64,000 nucleotides of DNA from an uncultured Clostridium sp. (lineage in GTDB: Bacteria > Bacillota > Clostridia > TANB77 > CAG-508). The position numbers and the translations under genes are program-made. Where the stretch lies: positions 69,088 to 133,087 of the forward strand of contig USCB01000001.1 of assembly GCA_900553125.1 (NCBI GenBank), in the 5' to 3' direction. The notes beneath the pieces were generated by a model. It was not told the DNA's origin, searched no databases, and saw nothing but the letters and a program-made list of their open reading frames with translations. This document shows, piece by piece, positions 18,634 through 27,473 of the stretch (position 1 is its first letter; each line of letters starts with the position of its first letter).

Positions 18634-21450
18634 ATGGATAAAAAACATATTAAAGAAAAAAAGAAGGTAATATCATTAAATTTTGTACATTTACTAGTAT
18701 TAATTTTTATGGTAGTTGTATTAATTGCTGTTTTAAATTATACCGGAACAACACAAAAGGTTATGAAAAATGTAAATGGTATTGTAAAAAATAACAGTAG
18801 TCAAGAAAATATAGGAAAAGATGATAACAGCGTAATTAAATGGAGATTGAACGACGATGGAGTTTTAACGATAAGTGGAACTGGTAAAATGAAGGATAAT
18901 GCAAATATTACAAAACCAATGCCAGAACAGGATGAATTAAATCTACCATGGTATAAGGATGTTGAAAAAATAAAAAAAGTTGTAATCGGATATGGAGTTG
19001 GAAATATATCTGATAATGCTTTTGTAGGATGCTCAAATTTGACAGAAATAACAATACCTAGTAGTGTTACAAGTATAAGTAGTACAGCATTTTCAGGATG
19101 TAATAAATTAAATCAAATAATAACAGATAAAGATAGTACATATGTAACTAAATATGCTACAGATAATAATATAGCCTATAAGGTAATTACAGAAACTAAA
19201 AAATGGAATATAGGAAAAGATAGTGAAAATAGTGTTGTAGCAGAATTAAGCGACGATGGAGTTCTAACAATAAGAGGAATTGGCGAAATGAAAGATAATG
19301 CAAATATTACTAAACCAATGCCAGAACAGGATTTGTATAATTTACCATGGTATAAATATGTTGACGATATACAAAAAATTATAATAGAATATGGTGTAAC
19401 AAATATATCTGAAAATGCTTTTGCTGGATGTTCAAATTTAACTGAAATAACAATTCCAAGCACTGTTACAAGTATAAGTAGTACAGCATTCTCAGGATGT
19501 AATAAATTAAACCAAATAATAACAGATAAAGACAATACATACGTAACTAATTATGCTAAAAATAATAATATAAAATACCAATTATCTACAGATTTTTTAG
19601 CAACAGTAAGTTATTCAACAACAAGTTTAACAAATCAAAATGTAACAGTAACAATAACAGCAAACAGAGAAGTAACACAAATGACGCAAACAGGCTGGAT
19701 AGCATCTACTGATAAAAAAATATTAACAAAAACATATGCAGCAAATGCAACAGAAACAATAACATTAAAAGACGCATTAGAAAACACAGTAGATGTTGAA
19801 ATAAAAATAACGAATATAGACAAAACAGCACCTACAGTAACAGTAAAACAAGAATTATCAGCAGATAAAAAGAGCAATAAAGTAACAATAACAGCAAATG
19901 AAAAAATACAACAAGTAAGTGGATGGGACTTATCATCAGACCAATTAACATTAACAAAAACATATACAGCCAATACTTTGAGTACAGGTGAAACAGTAAC
20001 AATAAAAGATTTAGCAGGAAATACAACAACTCAAAAAATAATAGTAAGTGATATAGTTATAGAACCAGAATTAACAGCAACAGTAAGTTATTCAACAACA
20101 AGCCTAACAAATCAAAATGTAACAGCAACAATAAAAGCAAACAAAGAAATAACATCAGTAACAGGCTGGACATTATCTACAGATAAAAAAACATTAACCA
20201 AAACATACACAGCAAACACAACAGAAACAGTAACAGTAAAAGACACATCAGGAAACACAAAAACAATATCAATACAAATAACAAATATAGACAAAACAGC
20301 ACCTACTTTAAAAGTAGAAAAAACATTATCAGCAGATAAAAAAACAAACAAAGTAAAAATAACAGCAAATGAAGAAATAAAAACAGTAACAGGATGGACA
20401 TTAGGAACAGATAAAAAAACATTAACAAAAACATATACAGAAAATAAAACAGAAAAAGTAACAATAACAGACCTAGCAGGAAATACAGCAGAAACAACAA
20501 TAGAAATAACAAATATTGTTCAAACAGAAAAATTAACAGTATCTGTATCATACTCAACAAAAGCACAAACAAATGGAGAAGTTACAGTAACAATAACAGC
20601 AAATAAAGCAGTAAAAGAAGTAACAGGATGGACATTAGGAGCAGACAAAAAAACATTAACAAAAAAATACACAGAAAATACAACAAATGCAGAAAATGTT
20701 ACAATAACAGGTGAAGATGGACAAACAGAAGTAGTAACAATAGAAATAACAAATATAGATAAAGTAGCACCAAAAATACAAAAAATAACATACAATTTAT
20801 CAGAAGACAAAAAAAGCAACATAGTAACAATACAAGCAGACAAAGAATTACAAAATCTAAATGGTTGGGAGTTATCAGCAAATAAGAAAACATTGACAAA
20901 AACATATACAGAAAACAAAGAAGAAGAAATAACAATAACAGACATAGCAGGAAATACAGTAAAAACAACAATAAAAATCACAGATATAGAAGAAACATCA
21001 GAAACAAAAAAATTAAAAATAAATGTTGAATATACTCAAATAGAAAATGGAATAGAGGCAAGAATAGTAGCTAATAATCAATTAGAAGAAGTAGAAGGAT
21101 GGGAGTTATCGAAAGATAAACTTATGTTAAAAAAGACATATTATGAAACCACACAAGAAACAGTAATGGTAAAAGACATATATGGAAATATAGTACAAGT
21201 TAATATAAAGGTAATAAAAGAAGAAGAGGACAATAATACAAATAATGGAAATACTGAAGACAACAATAACAATTCGCAAAATAATGCAAATAATTCATAT
21301 AATCAAAAATATGAATCAGACAAAACATTGTCATCAACAATATTACCAAAAACAGGATTTGGAAGAACAGTATTAGGTGCAATAGTAGTACTTGTAGTAG
21401 TTATGATATTCTTATATTTTAAAAATAGGTCTTTTAGAGATATTAAATAA
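18634..21450 (+). CDS. LPXTG-anchored surface protein with duplicated BspA-type leucine-rich-repeat module and seven Ig-like repeats
   Basis: N-terminal signal/anchor, two 134-aa LRR-type modules, and seven repeats of about 75-80 aa (SYSTTSLTNQNVTVTI.AN...GW.L..DKKTLTKTYT.N..E.VT..D..GN......I.NIDKTAP). An Asn-rich linker is followed by LPKTG, a hydrophobic segment and an R/K tail. Confidence 0.85.
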   Translation: MDKKHIKEKKKVISLNFVHLLVLIFMVVVLIAVLNYTGTTQKVMKNVNGIVKNNSSQENIGKDDNSVIKWRLNDDGVLTISGTGKMKDNANITKPMPEQDELNLPWYKDVEKIKKVVIGYGVGNISDNAFVGCSNLTEITIPSSVTSISSTAFSGCNKLNQIITDKDSTYVTKYATDNNIAYKVITETKKWNIGKDSENSVVAELSDDGVLTIRGIGEMKDNANITKPMPEQDLYNLPWYKYVDDIQKIIIEYGVTNISENAFAGCSNLTEITIPSTVTSISSTAFSGCNKLNQIITDKDNTYVTNYAKNNNIKYQLSTDFLATVSYSTTSLTNQNVTVTITANREVTQMTQTGWIASTDKKILTKTYAANATETITLKDALENTVDVEIKITNIDKTAPTVTVKQELSADKKSNKVTITANEKIQQVSGWDLSSDQLTLTKTYTANTLSTGETVTIKDLAGNTTTQKIIVSDIVIEPELTATVSYSTTSLTNQNVTATIKANKEITSVTGWTLSTDKKTLTKTYTANTTETVTVKDTSGNTKTISIQITNIDKTAPTLKVEKTLSADKKTNKVKITANEEIKTVTGWTLGTDKKTLTKTYTENKTEKVTITDLAGNTAETTIEITNIVQTEKLTVSVSYSTKAQTNGEVTVTITANKAVKEVTGWTLGADKKTLTKKYTENTTNAENVTITGEDGQTEVVTIEITNIDKVAPKIQKITYNLSEDKKSNIVTIQADKELQNLNGWELSANKKTLTKTYTENKEEEITITDIAGNTVKTTIKITDIEETSETKKLKINVEYTQIENGIEARIVANNQLEEVEGWELSKDKLMLKKTYYETTQETVMVKDIYGNIVQVNIKVIKEEEDNNTNNGNTEDNNNNSQNNANNSYNQKYESDKTLSSTILPKTGFGRTVLGAIVVLVVVMIFLYFKNRSFRDIK
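18826..19590 (+). repeat. tandem duplication of a 402-bp LRR-module coding unit
   Basis: Units start at 18826 and 19228 (NSVIKWRLNDDGVLTISGTGKMKDNANITKPMPEQD... versus NSVVAELSDDGVLTIRGIGEMKDNANITKPMPEQD...). Confidence 0.8.
19600..21219 (+). repeat. tandem Ig-like-domain coding repeats (three double units plus one)
   Basis: Repeated ...ACAGCAAATAAAGAAATAACA...GGATGGACATTA...ACAAAAACATATACAG...ATAACAAATATAGACAAAACAGCACCTAC blocks. The A/C-rich codon bias generates many spurious antisense ORFs. Confidence 0.8.
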
Positions 21451-21454
21451 AAAC

Positions 21455-21492
21455 ATAAAGCTATAGAGTTGAAAAATACTTTATAGCTTTAT
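21455..21492 (+). terminator. hairpin after the adhesin gene
   Basis: 11-bp arms ATAAAGCTATA / TATAGCTTTAT with a 16-nt loop. Confidence 0.5.
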
Positions 21493-21520
21493 ATATGACT
21501 TGAATAAGGAGGCAGTAAAA

Positions 21521-21646
21521 ATGGCAGAAAAAAAGAATGATACATTGAGAGCAGCAAGGATAGAAATGAATTACTTAACAGGAGATGCAGAAGTTAGAAG
21601 AATGGCTGAATTAAGAGAAAAATGCAAAAAACAAAATTTTGTTTGA
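21521..21646 (+). CDS. 41-codon ORF resembling an Rpn-family C-terminal fragment (possible gene relic)
   Basis: AAGGAGG RBS. It encodes MAEKKNDTLRAARIEMNYLTGDAEVRRMAELREKCKKQNFV; compare the ...ARYLAELREKYIRDQ... tail of the Rpn gene at 3306-4166. Confidence 0.3.
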   Translation: MAEKKNDTLRAARIEMNYLTGDAEVRRMAELREKCKKQNFV

Positions 21647-21688
21647 CAAAACTAAATTTGTATGATATTATAAATTCAAATTTAGTTT
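21629..21688 (+). promoter_or_regulatory. lexA promoter with overlapping palindromes (candidate operators)
   Basis: -35 TTGACA (21643-21648), 17-nt spacer, TGn-extended -10 TATTAT (21666-21671). The 16-bp palindrome AAACAAAATTTTGTTT (21629-21644) overlaps the -35. The inverted repeat AAACTAAATTTG (21649-21660) / CAAATTTAGTTT (21677-21688) flanks the -10. Confidence 0.5.
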
Positions 21689-21702
21689 GGAGAGTGATAT
21701 AA

Positions 21703-22353
21703 ATGCCAAGAAAAGCACAAGAATTAAATAAAAGAGAAAAAGCAATATTAAAATTCATTGAAAAAAAAATAGTAGAAGATGGATATCCACCATCAGTAAG
21801 AGAAATAGGAAAAGCGGTAGGACTTAGTTCAACAGCAACAGTACATGGATATTTAGCAAAATTAAGAGAAAAGGGGTACATAAAAAAAGAAGACAAAAAG
21901 GGAAGAACTTTAAAATTACTAAAAGGAGGAAATGGAGAACCAATAGACAGCTCTCCAAAAAACTTCTATGCAGAAAAAGAATTAATTGATGTACCACTTG
22001 TAGGAAAAATAACAGCAGGAATGCCAATATTAGCAGTTGAAAATGTAACAGATACATTCCCAATACCTATAGATTTCGTGGGAAATTCAGACTGTTTCAT
22101 GTTAACAGTAAGAGGAGAAAGTATGATAGAGGCTGGAATATTAGACGGAGATTATATTCTAGTAAGAAAACAATCAGATGCTATAAATGGTCAAATTGTA
22201 GTAGCATTGATAGAAGATGAGGCAACAGTAAAAACATTTTATAAAGAAAAAGATTATATACGTTTACAACCAGAAAACCCAACAATGGATCCTATAATAG
22301 TTCCAGATTGCAAGATTTTAGGAAAAGTTATAGGAGTATTTAGAAAAATGTAA
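21703..22353 (+). CDS. lexA: SOS repressor LexA
   Basis: N-terminal winged helix ([34 protein letters not shown]). Ser-Lys autopeptidase domain ([19 protein letters not shown]...ATVKTFY). Confidence 0.95.
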   Translation: MPRKAQELNKREKAILKFIEKKIVEDGYPPSVREIGKAVGLSSTATVHGYLAKLREKGYIKKEDKKGRTLKLLKGGNGEPIDSSPKNFYAEKELIDVPLVGKITAGMPILAVENVTDTFPIPIDFVGNSDCFMLTVRGESMIEAGILDGDYILVRKQSDAINGQIVVALIEDEATVKTFYKEKDYIRLQPENPTMDPIIVPDCKILGKVIGVFRKM

Positions 22354-22377
22354 TACAGATATAAAAAGGAGAAATTA

Positions 22378-23322
22378 ATGTCAAAAAAAAAATCTAAACA
22401 TACCAAAAATAAAAAACATACAAATAAAAGCTATATATTTTTAGCTTTTATTTGTGTGTTTATTTTAATAATTATTATTTGTTCAAAAAATAAAACAGAA
22501 CAAATACAAACTAAGCAGACAGAACTTATTATAAATAACGAAAATATTACACAAAACTTACAAGACAAAATAATTAATGAAAATGGAAAAACATATATGA
22601 GTTTTGATGATATAAAAAACTATATAGATAAAAATTTATATAAAGAAACAGAAACCAATTTAATAATAACAACAGGAGATAAAAAAGTAGCAGCAATGAA
22701 ACAAGGAGAAGATAATATCGAAATAAATGGTTCTAATCAAAAAAATAAAAATATTGTAGAAGAAAAAAATGGAAAAGAATATATAGCAATATCAGAACTT
22801 GAAAATGTATATGATTATAATTTTACATATATAGAATCAAGCAATATAGCAGTAATAGACAGTTTAAATAAACAATATATAAAAGCATGTGCAAAAAAAA
22901 ACATTAAAATAAAAAAAGAAAATAAAATAATGTCAAAAACAATAGATAAAGTACAAAAAGGAAAATGGTTAGTTTATATTTCAGAAGAAAATGGTATAGC
23001 AAAAGTAAGAACACAAAATGGGAAAATAGGATATGTAAAAAATAATTTGTTAGATAATTTTGTTACAGAAAGAGAAGATTTTAATGTTAAAGATGAAGAA
23101 AACAAAAGTGATGAAACCTTAGAATATGATATAACTAAAAAAGATATAACGACTTTTGAAAAAAGAAAAAAGATTATAAATTTAATCTTGCAAGAAACTA
23201 TAAAAAATGATAAGATGTATGTGACAGTAATATACAAAGGAAACAATAATGATGAATACGAAAGATTCAAAATTGAAAGTGTTCCTGTTTTACGAGAGTG
23301 TGGAATAAAAGTGAATATATAA
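22378..23322 (+). CDS. hypothetical membrane-anchored protein (possible SH3-like segment)
   Basis: 314-aa ORF with a basic N-terminus and a TM segment. The segment KWLVYISEENGIAKVRTQNGKIGYVKNNLL resembles a bacterial SH3 domain. Confidence 0.55.
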   Translation: MSKKKSKHTKNKKHTNKSYIFLAFICVFILIIIICSKNKTEQIQTKQTELIINNENITQNLQDKIINENGKTYMSFDDIKNYIDKNLYKETETNLIITTGDKKVAAMKQGEDNIEINGSNQKNKNIVEEKNGKEYIAISELENVYDYNFTYIESSNIAVIDSLNKQYIKACAKKNIKIKKENKIMSKTIDKVQKGKWLVYISEENGIAKVRTQNGKIGYVKNNLLDNFVTEREDFNVKDEENKSDETLEYDITKKDITTFEKRKKIINLILQETIKNDKMYVTVIYKGNNNDEYERFKIESVPVLRECGIKVNI

Positions 23323-23337
23323 GAAAGAGGATATACT

Positions 23338-24438
23338 ATGAAGAAAAAAGGATATATAATATTAGGTATAATATTTTTAGTAATATTAATTGGAATAATT
23401 TCATCTGTTATATGGTACAACCTAGAAATGAAACAACCGAATAAAAATTCATCTCAGAACATAAATGCAATTGTAGAAATAAAATCAGGAATAAGTACAA
23501 ATGAAATACTAAATACATTAAAGAAAAATGGAGTAATAAAAAACAAATTGGCATCAAAAATATACCTAGGTTTACATGAAGTTAAAAATTTACAAGCGGG
23601 AAAATATTCATTTACAGGAAATGAAACATTACCAGAGGTAGTAGAAATATTATCATCAGGAAAAGTAATGGATGAAACAGTAACAATTACATTTCTTGAA
23701 GGAAAAAATATGCGTTATATAGCATCAACTATAGCAGAAAAAACTAATAATACAACTAATGATGTATATAAAGTATTAGAGAATAAAACTTACATAGAAA
23801 ATCTTATTGAAAAATATTGGTTTTTAACAGAAAGCATCCAAGATACAAGTATTTATTATCCATTAGAAGGATATTTATATCCTGATACATATAGTTTTGA
23901 AAATAAAGATGTAGATGTAAAAACTATTTTTGAAAAAATGCTAGATAAAATGGACAAGGTTTTAACAAAACATAAAAAAAATATACAACAAAGTAAATAT
24001 TCTGTACATGAAATATTAACAATGGCATCAATAGTAGAATTAGAGGGAAATAATTCAAAAAATCGTTCTCAAATAGCAAGAGTTATATATAATAGATTAG
24101 ACAGCAATATGTCATTGGGAAGTGATGTAACAACATATTATGCAATAAAAGTTGATATGAGTGAAAGAGATTTATATACAAAAGAAATAAATACTTATAA
24201 TGCATACAATACTAGAGGACCTAAAATGGAAGGAAAATTACCAATAGGACCAATATCTACAGTGTCAGAGGAATCTATTACAGCAGTTTTAAGTCCTGCT
24301 AATGGAGAATATTTATATTTTGTAGCAGATAAAAATGGAGATATATACTTTTCAAATACGTATGAGCAACATCAAGAAACAATAGAAGTATTGAAGAAAA
24401 AAGGTTTATGGTATGAATATGCACAAGAAAGTAAATAA
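23338..24438 (+). CDS. mltG: endolytic murein transglycosylase MltG (YceG family)
   Basis: TM anchor and YceG motifs (ILTMASIVELEG, YNAYNTRG...LPIGPISTVSEESI.AVL.P, YLYFVA...G...FS.TY.EH). Confidence 0.9.
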   Translation: MKKKGYIILGIIFLVILIGIISSVIWYNLEMKQPNKNSSQNINAIVEIKSGISTNEILNTLKKNGVIKNKLASKIYLGLHEVKNLQAGKYSFTGNETLPEVVEILSSGKVMDETVTITFLEGKNMRYIASTIAEKTNNTTNDVYKVLENKTYIENLIEKYWFLTESIQDTSIYYPLEGYLYPDTYSFENKDVDVKTIFEKMLDKMDKVLTKHKKNIQQSKYSVHEILTMASIVELEGNNSKNRSQIARVIYNRLDSNMSLGSDVTTYYAIKVDMSERDLYTKEINTYNAYNTRGPKMEGKLPIGPISTVSEESITAVLSPANGEYLYFVADKNGDIYFSNTYEQHQETIEVLKKKGLWYEYAQESK

Positions 24439-24569
24439 AAAGCATGTCTTTTGACTTGCTTTTTATTTTTATTTGTGATAATTTAAAAAAAGAATAAAAA
24501 TATTCATTTTTAGTATTTTTTATAAATATAATTAGTACTAAACAATAAAAAAAGGAGCGTGTTTGCGCT

Positions 24570-25445
24570 ATGAAAAAAATTATATTTAAAGGCTGTGGAA
24601 CAGCAATTGCAACACCATTTACAAAAGAAGGTGTAAATTTACATGAATTTGAAAGACTTGTAGAAGAGCAAATAAAAAAAGGAGTAGATAGTTTAATAGT
24701 ATGTGGAACTACAGGAGAATCTGCTACTATGACAGAAGAAGAGAGATTACAAACGATAGAATGTGCGGTAAAGGTAGCAAAAGGGAGAGTTCCAATTATT
24801 GCAGGAACAGGTTCAAATAATACAAAAAATGTCATTGAAATGAATAAGAAAGTTGAAAGAATAGGTGTAGATGGAGTATTAATAGTAACACCATATTATA
24901 ATAAAACAACACAAGAAGGATTAATTAAACATTATAGTGAGATTGCAAAAAATACGACTTTACCAATTATTTTATATAATGTACCAAGTAGAACAGGTGT
25001 AAATATAAAACCAGAAACAGCATTAGAATTGTCAAAAATTGAAAATATAGTAGCTATTAAAGAGGCTAGTGGAGATTTATCTCAAATAGCACAAGTAGCC
25101 AATCTATGTGGGGAAAATTTAAGTATATATTCTGGTAATGATGACCAAATTTTGCCTATACTATCTTTAGGAGGAATCGGTGTAATATCAGTGCTTTCAA
25201 ACATAAAACCAAAATATACACATGATATGTGTTATAATTACTTCAATGGGGAAACAAAAAAAGCAACTGAAATGCAAATACATGCTATTCCATTAATAAA
25301 CTCATTATTTTCAGAAGTAAATCCAATACCAGTAAAAGAGGCTTTAAATATTATAGGATATGAATTTGGACAGCCAAGACTTCCACTTATACCTATGAGT
25401 AATGATAAAAAAGAGATATTAAAAAAGTGCATAGATGAATTTTAG
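24570..25445 (+). CDS. dapA: 4-hydroxy-tetrahydrodipicolinate synthase
   Basis: GTAIATPF, VCGTTGESATMT, TPYYNK and IILYNVPSRTG motifs. Confidence 0.95.
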   Translation: MKKIIFKGCGTAIATPFTKEGVNLHEFERLVEEQIKKGVDSLIVCGTTGESATMTEEERLQTIECAVKVAKGRVPIIAGTGSNNTKNVIEMNKKVERIGVDGVLIVTPYYNKTTQEGLIKHYSEIAKNTTLPIILYNVPSRTGVNIKPETALELSKIENIVAIKEASGDLSQIAQVANLCGENLSIYSGNDDQILPILSLGGIGVISVLSNIKPKYTHDMCYNYFNGETKKATEMQIHAIPLINSLFSEVNPIPVKEALNIIGYEFGQPRLPLIPMSNDKKEILKKCIDEF

Positions 25446-25528
25446 CAAAATTTTCATATTTTTAATTATTGTACTATAGATAAAAAAATGTTATAATGAA
25501 AAAGATTATAACACAGGAGAGAAAAGAA

Positions 25529-26038
25529 ATGGTTACAAAAAAAGAAAAAATAATTGAAGATAAAGATTATATGAATTTGATTGCTGATTTATTAAATCAA
25601 GAAAAGGTACAGCAAATGAAACAATATAGGCAACATCATAATATGAATTGTTTTGACCATTGCCTATTTGTTTCATATAATACATATTTGATTTGTAAAA
25701 ACCATCATTTGGATTATATATCAGCTGCAAGAGCAGGATTATTACATGATTTATTTCTGTATGATTGGAGAAAACGTGAAAATGGAAGAAAAGGGTTACA
25801 TGCTTTCACACATGGAAAAACGGCTTATGAACAAGCATCTACATTTTTAAACTTAAATGACAAAGAAAAAGATATTATAATAAAACACATGTGGCCTGTA
25901 ACATTAGCAATTCCGAAATACAAAGAAACATTTATAATAACTTTAGTAGACAAATATTTTGCAGTAGCAGAAGCATTTATAAAAATTAAAAATCAGAATG
26001 ATAAAATAAAACAAGTAAAGGAGAAGATAACAAAATGA
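25529..26038 (+). CDS. HD-domain phosphohydrolase
   Basis: H...HD signature (NCFDHCLFVSY..., GLLHDLFLYDW). ATG 25529 follows AGGAGAG; the track ATG at 25496 lies inside a TGTTATAAT -10 element. Confidence 0.75.
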   Translation: MVTKKEKIIEDKDYMNLIADLLNQEKVQQMKQYRQHHNMNCFDHCLFVSYNTYLICKNHHLDYISAARAGLLHDLFLYDWRKRENGRKGLHAFTHGKTAYEQASTFLNLNDKEKDIIIKHMWPVTLAIPKYKETFIITLVDKYFAVAEAFIKIKNQNDKIKQVKEKITK

Positions 26039-26796
26039 TAGAAGTAATGGTAAATGGATGTAATGGAAAAATGGGACAAATTGTCAGCGAATTAGTAGAT
26101 AAGAATAAAAATATGATATTAAAATGCGGGACAGATAAAGTTGATACTGGTTATCTAACTTATCCTGTATATACAGATTTAGGACAAATACCAGAAAAAC
26201 CAGATGTAATAATTGATTTTTCTATACCTGTTGCAACTTTTAATGTTTTAGAATATGCCAAAGAAAATAATGTACCAATTGTAATTGCAACAACAGGTTT
26301 TACAGGAGAAGAGGAAAAGAAAATAGCAGAATATTCGAATTATATACCGGTCTTTAAATCAGCTAATATGTCATTTAGTATAAATATGTTCCAACATATA
26401 CTCAAAGAAATTAGTCCAAAATTAAAAGATTCTGATATTGAGATAATAGAAACACATCATAACAGGAAAATTGATAGTCCAAGTGGAACTGCCCAAATGC
26501 TTGCAGATACAATAAATGAAGCTTTAGGTGGAGGATATGTGTGTGAATATGATAGACATGGTAAACATGAAAAGAGGTCAAAAAATGAAATTGGTATGAC
26601 TTCAATTCGTGGTGGAAATATTGTTGGAGAGCATACTGTTAAATTTTTTGGAGATTCTGAAACTTTTGAAATAAAACATACTTCATATTCAAGAAACGTT
26701 TTTGCAGAAGGTGCTATTAGAGCTGCTGAGTTTATTGTTAAGAAAGAAAAAGGATTATATAATATGGATGATTTGGTATGTGAAGATGAAAAATAA
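26035..26796 (+). CDS. dapB: 4-hydroxy-tetrahydrodipicolinate reductase
   Basis: GCNGKMG N-terminus and EIIETHHNRKIDSPSGTA signature. Confidence 0.95.
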   Translation: MIEVMVNGCNGKMGQIVSELVDKNKNMILKCGTDKVDTGYLTYPVYTDLGQIPEKPDVIIDFSIPVATFNVLEYAKENNVPIVIATTGFTGEEEKKIAEYSNYIPVFKSANMSFSINMFQHILKEISPKLKDSDIEIIETHHNRKIDSPSGTAQMLADTINEALGGGYVCEYDRHGKHEKRSKNEIGMTSIRGGNIVGEHTVKFFGDSETFEIKHTSYSRNVFAEGAIRAAEFIVKKEKGLYNMDDLVCEDEK

Positions 26797-26806
26797 TAAT
26801 TATATA

Positions 26807-26839
26807 AAAATGTAGGAGCTATAAATGTTCCTACATTTT
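26807..26839 (+). terminator. Rho-independent terminator after dapB
   Basis: 11-bp stem AAAATGTAGGA / TCCTACATTTT. Confidence 0.65.
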
Positions 26840-26966
26840 GATTTCTACTTTGAAGTTTATTTTTTAGATATCATAATATGAATAAAACAAATAAAAAAAT
26901 AACAAAAACAAAATAAATTAATATAATATATAAAGAGTGCAAATTACTCTTAAGGAGGAGATAAAA

Positions 26967-27371
26967 ATGTATAAAAGAAATTGTACTTCCTTTATATCTA
27001 TATTAATTGGAATAATTTCAGGAATAATAGTAGGATATAATGTATATTTAACGCTTATACCAGAAATAGTAATAGGATTATGGGTAGGGTTAGGTATAGG
27101 ATTAGGAACACTATTAATATTATTCCTAACAAGTTTATTTATATGTGGAAGAAAAGAAAGTTGCATATGTGAAAATGGAAATAATCTAATAATTTCAGCA
27201 TTAGGAACAATAGTAACCACAATAATAGGCTTATCAATAACAATAGTATCTGAATCAATAGGAATAGCAATACTAATAGGTCTTGCAACACTATTTTTAA
27301 TAATGACATTATTAACTATAGTAAAAACAATATATTGCTTAGTAAATATAAACTGTAGATGTAAAGAATAA
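26967..27371 (+). CDS. hypothetical polytopic membrane protein with Cys-rich segments
   Basis: AAGGAGGAG RBS, four hydrophobic segments, and CGRKESCIC and NCRCKE clusters. Confidence 0.6.
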   Translation: MYKRNCTSFISILIGIISGIIVGYNVYLTLIPEIVIGLWVGLGIGLGTLLILFLTSLFICGRKESCICENGNNLIISALGTIVTTIIGLSITIVSESIGIAILIGLATLFLIMTLLTIVKTIYCLVNINCRCKE

Positions 27372-27375
27372 AATA

Positions 27376-27407
27376 AAAATCTCTTGGTTATAAGCCAAGA
27401 GATTTTT
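27376..27407 (+). terminator. Rho-independent terminator
   Basis: 12-bp stem AAAATCTCTTGG / CCAAGAGATTTT plus a T-run. Confidence 0.75.
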
Positions 27408-27473
27408 ATTGTAATAAAACGATTTTTATACACATATAAATTAAAAAGAAAAACAAAGGAAGTGGTGAATTAT

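Noticed and set aside
19176-21382. Numerous antisense or out-of-frame ORFs inside the adhesin gene (for example 19176..19535, 19635..19973, 20520..20981 on the minus strand), rich in L/F/V/S.
   Set aside because: They are mirror translations of the A/C-rich tandem repeat DNA. They are low complexity, have no RBS and overlap a gene with clear domain logic.
24439-24569. Possible lysine (L-box) riboswitch ahead of dapA.
   Set aside because: The leader is only about 130 nt and extremely AT-rich. It holds just the mltG terminator hairpin and a promoter-like stretch, with no conserved L-box helices.
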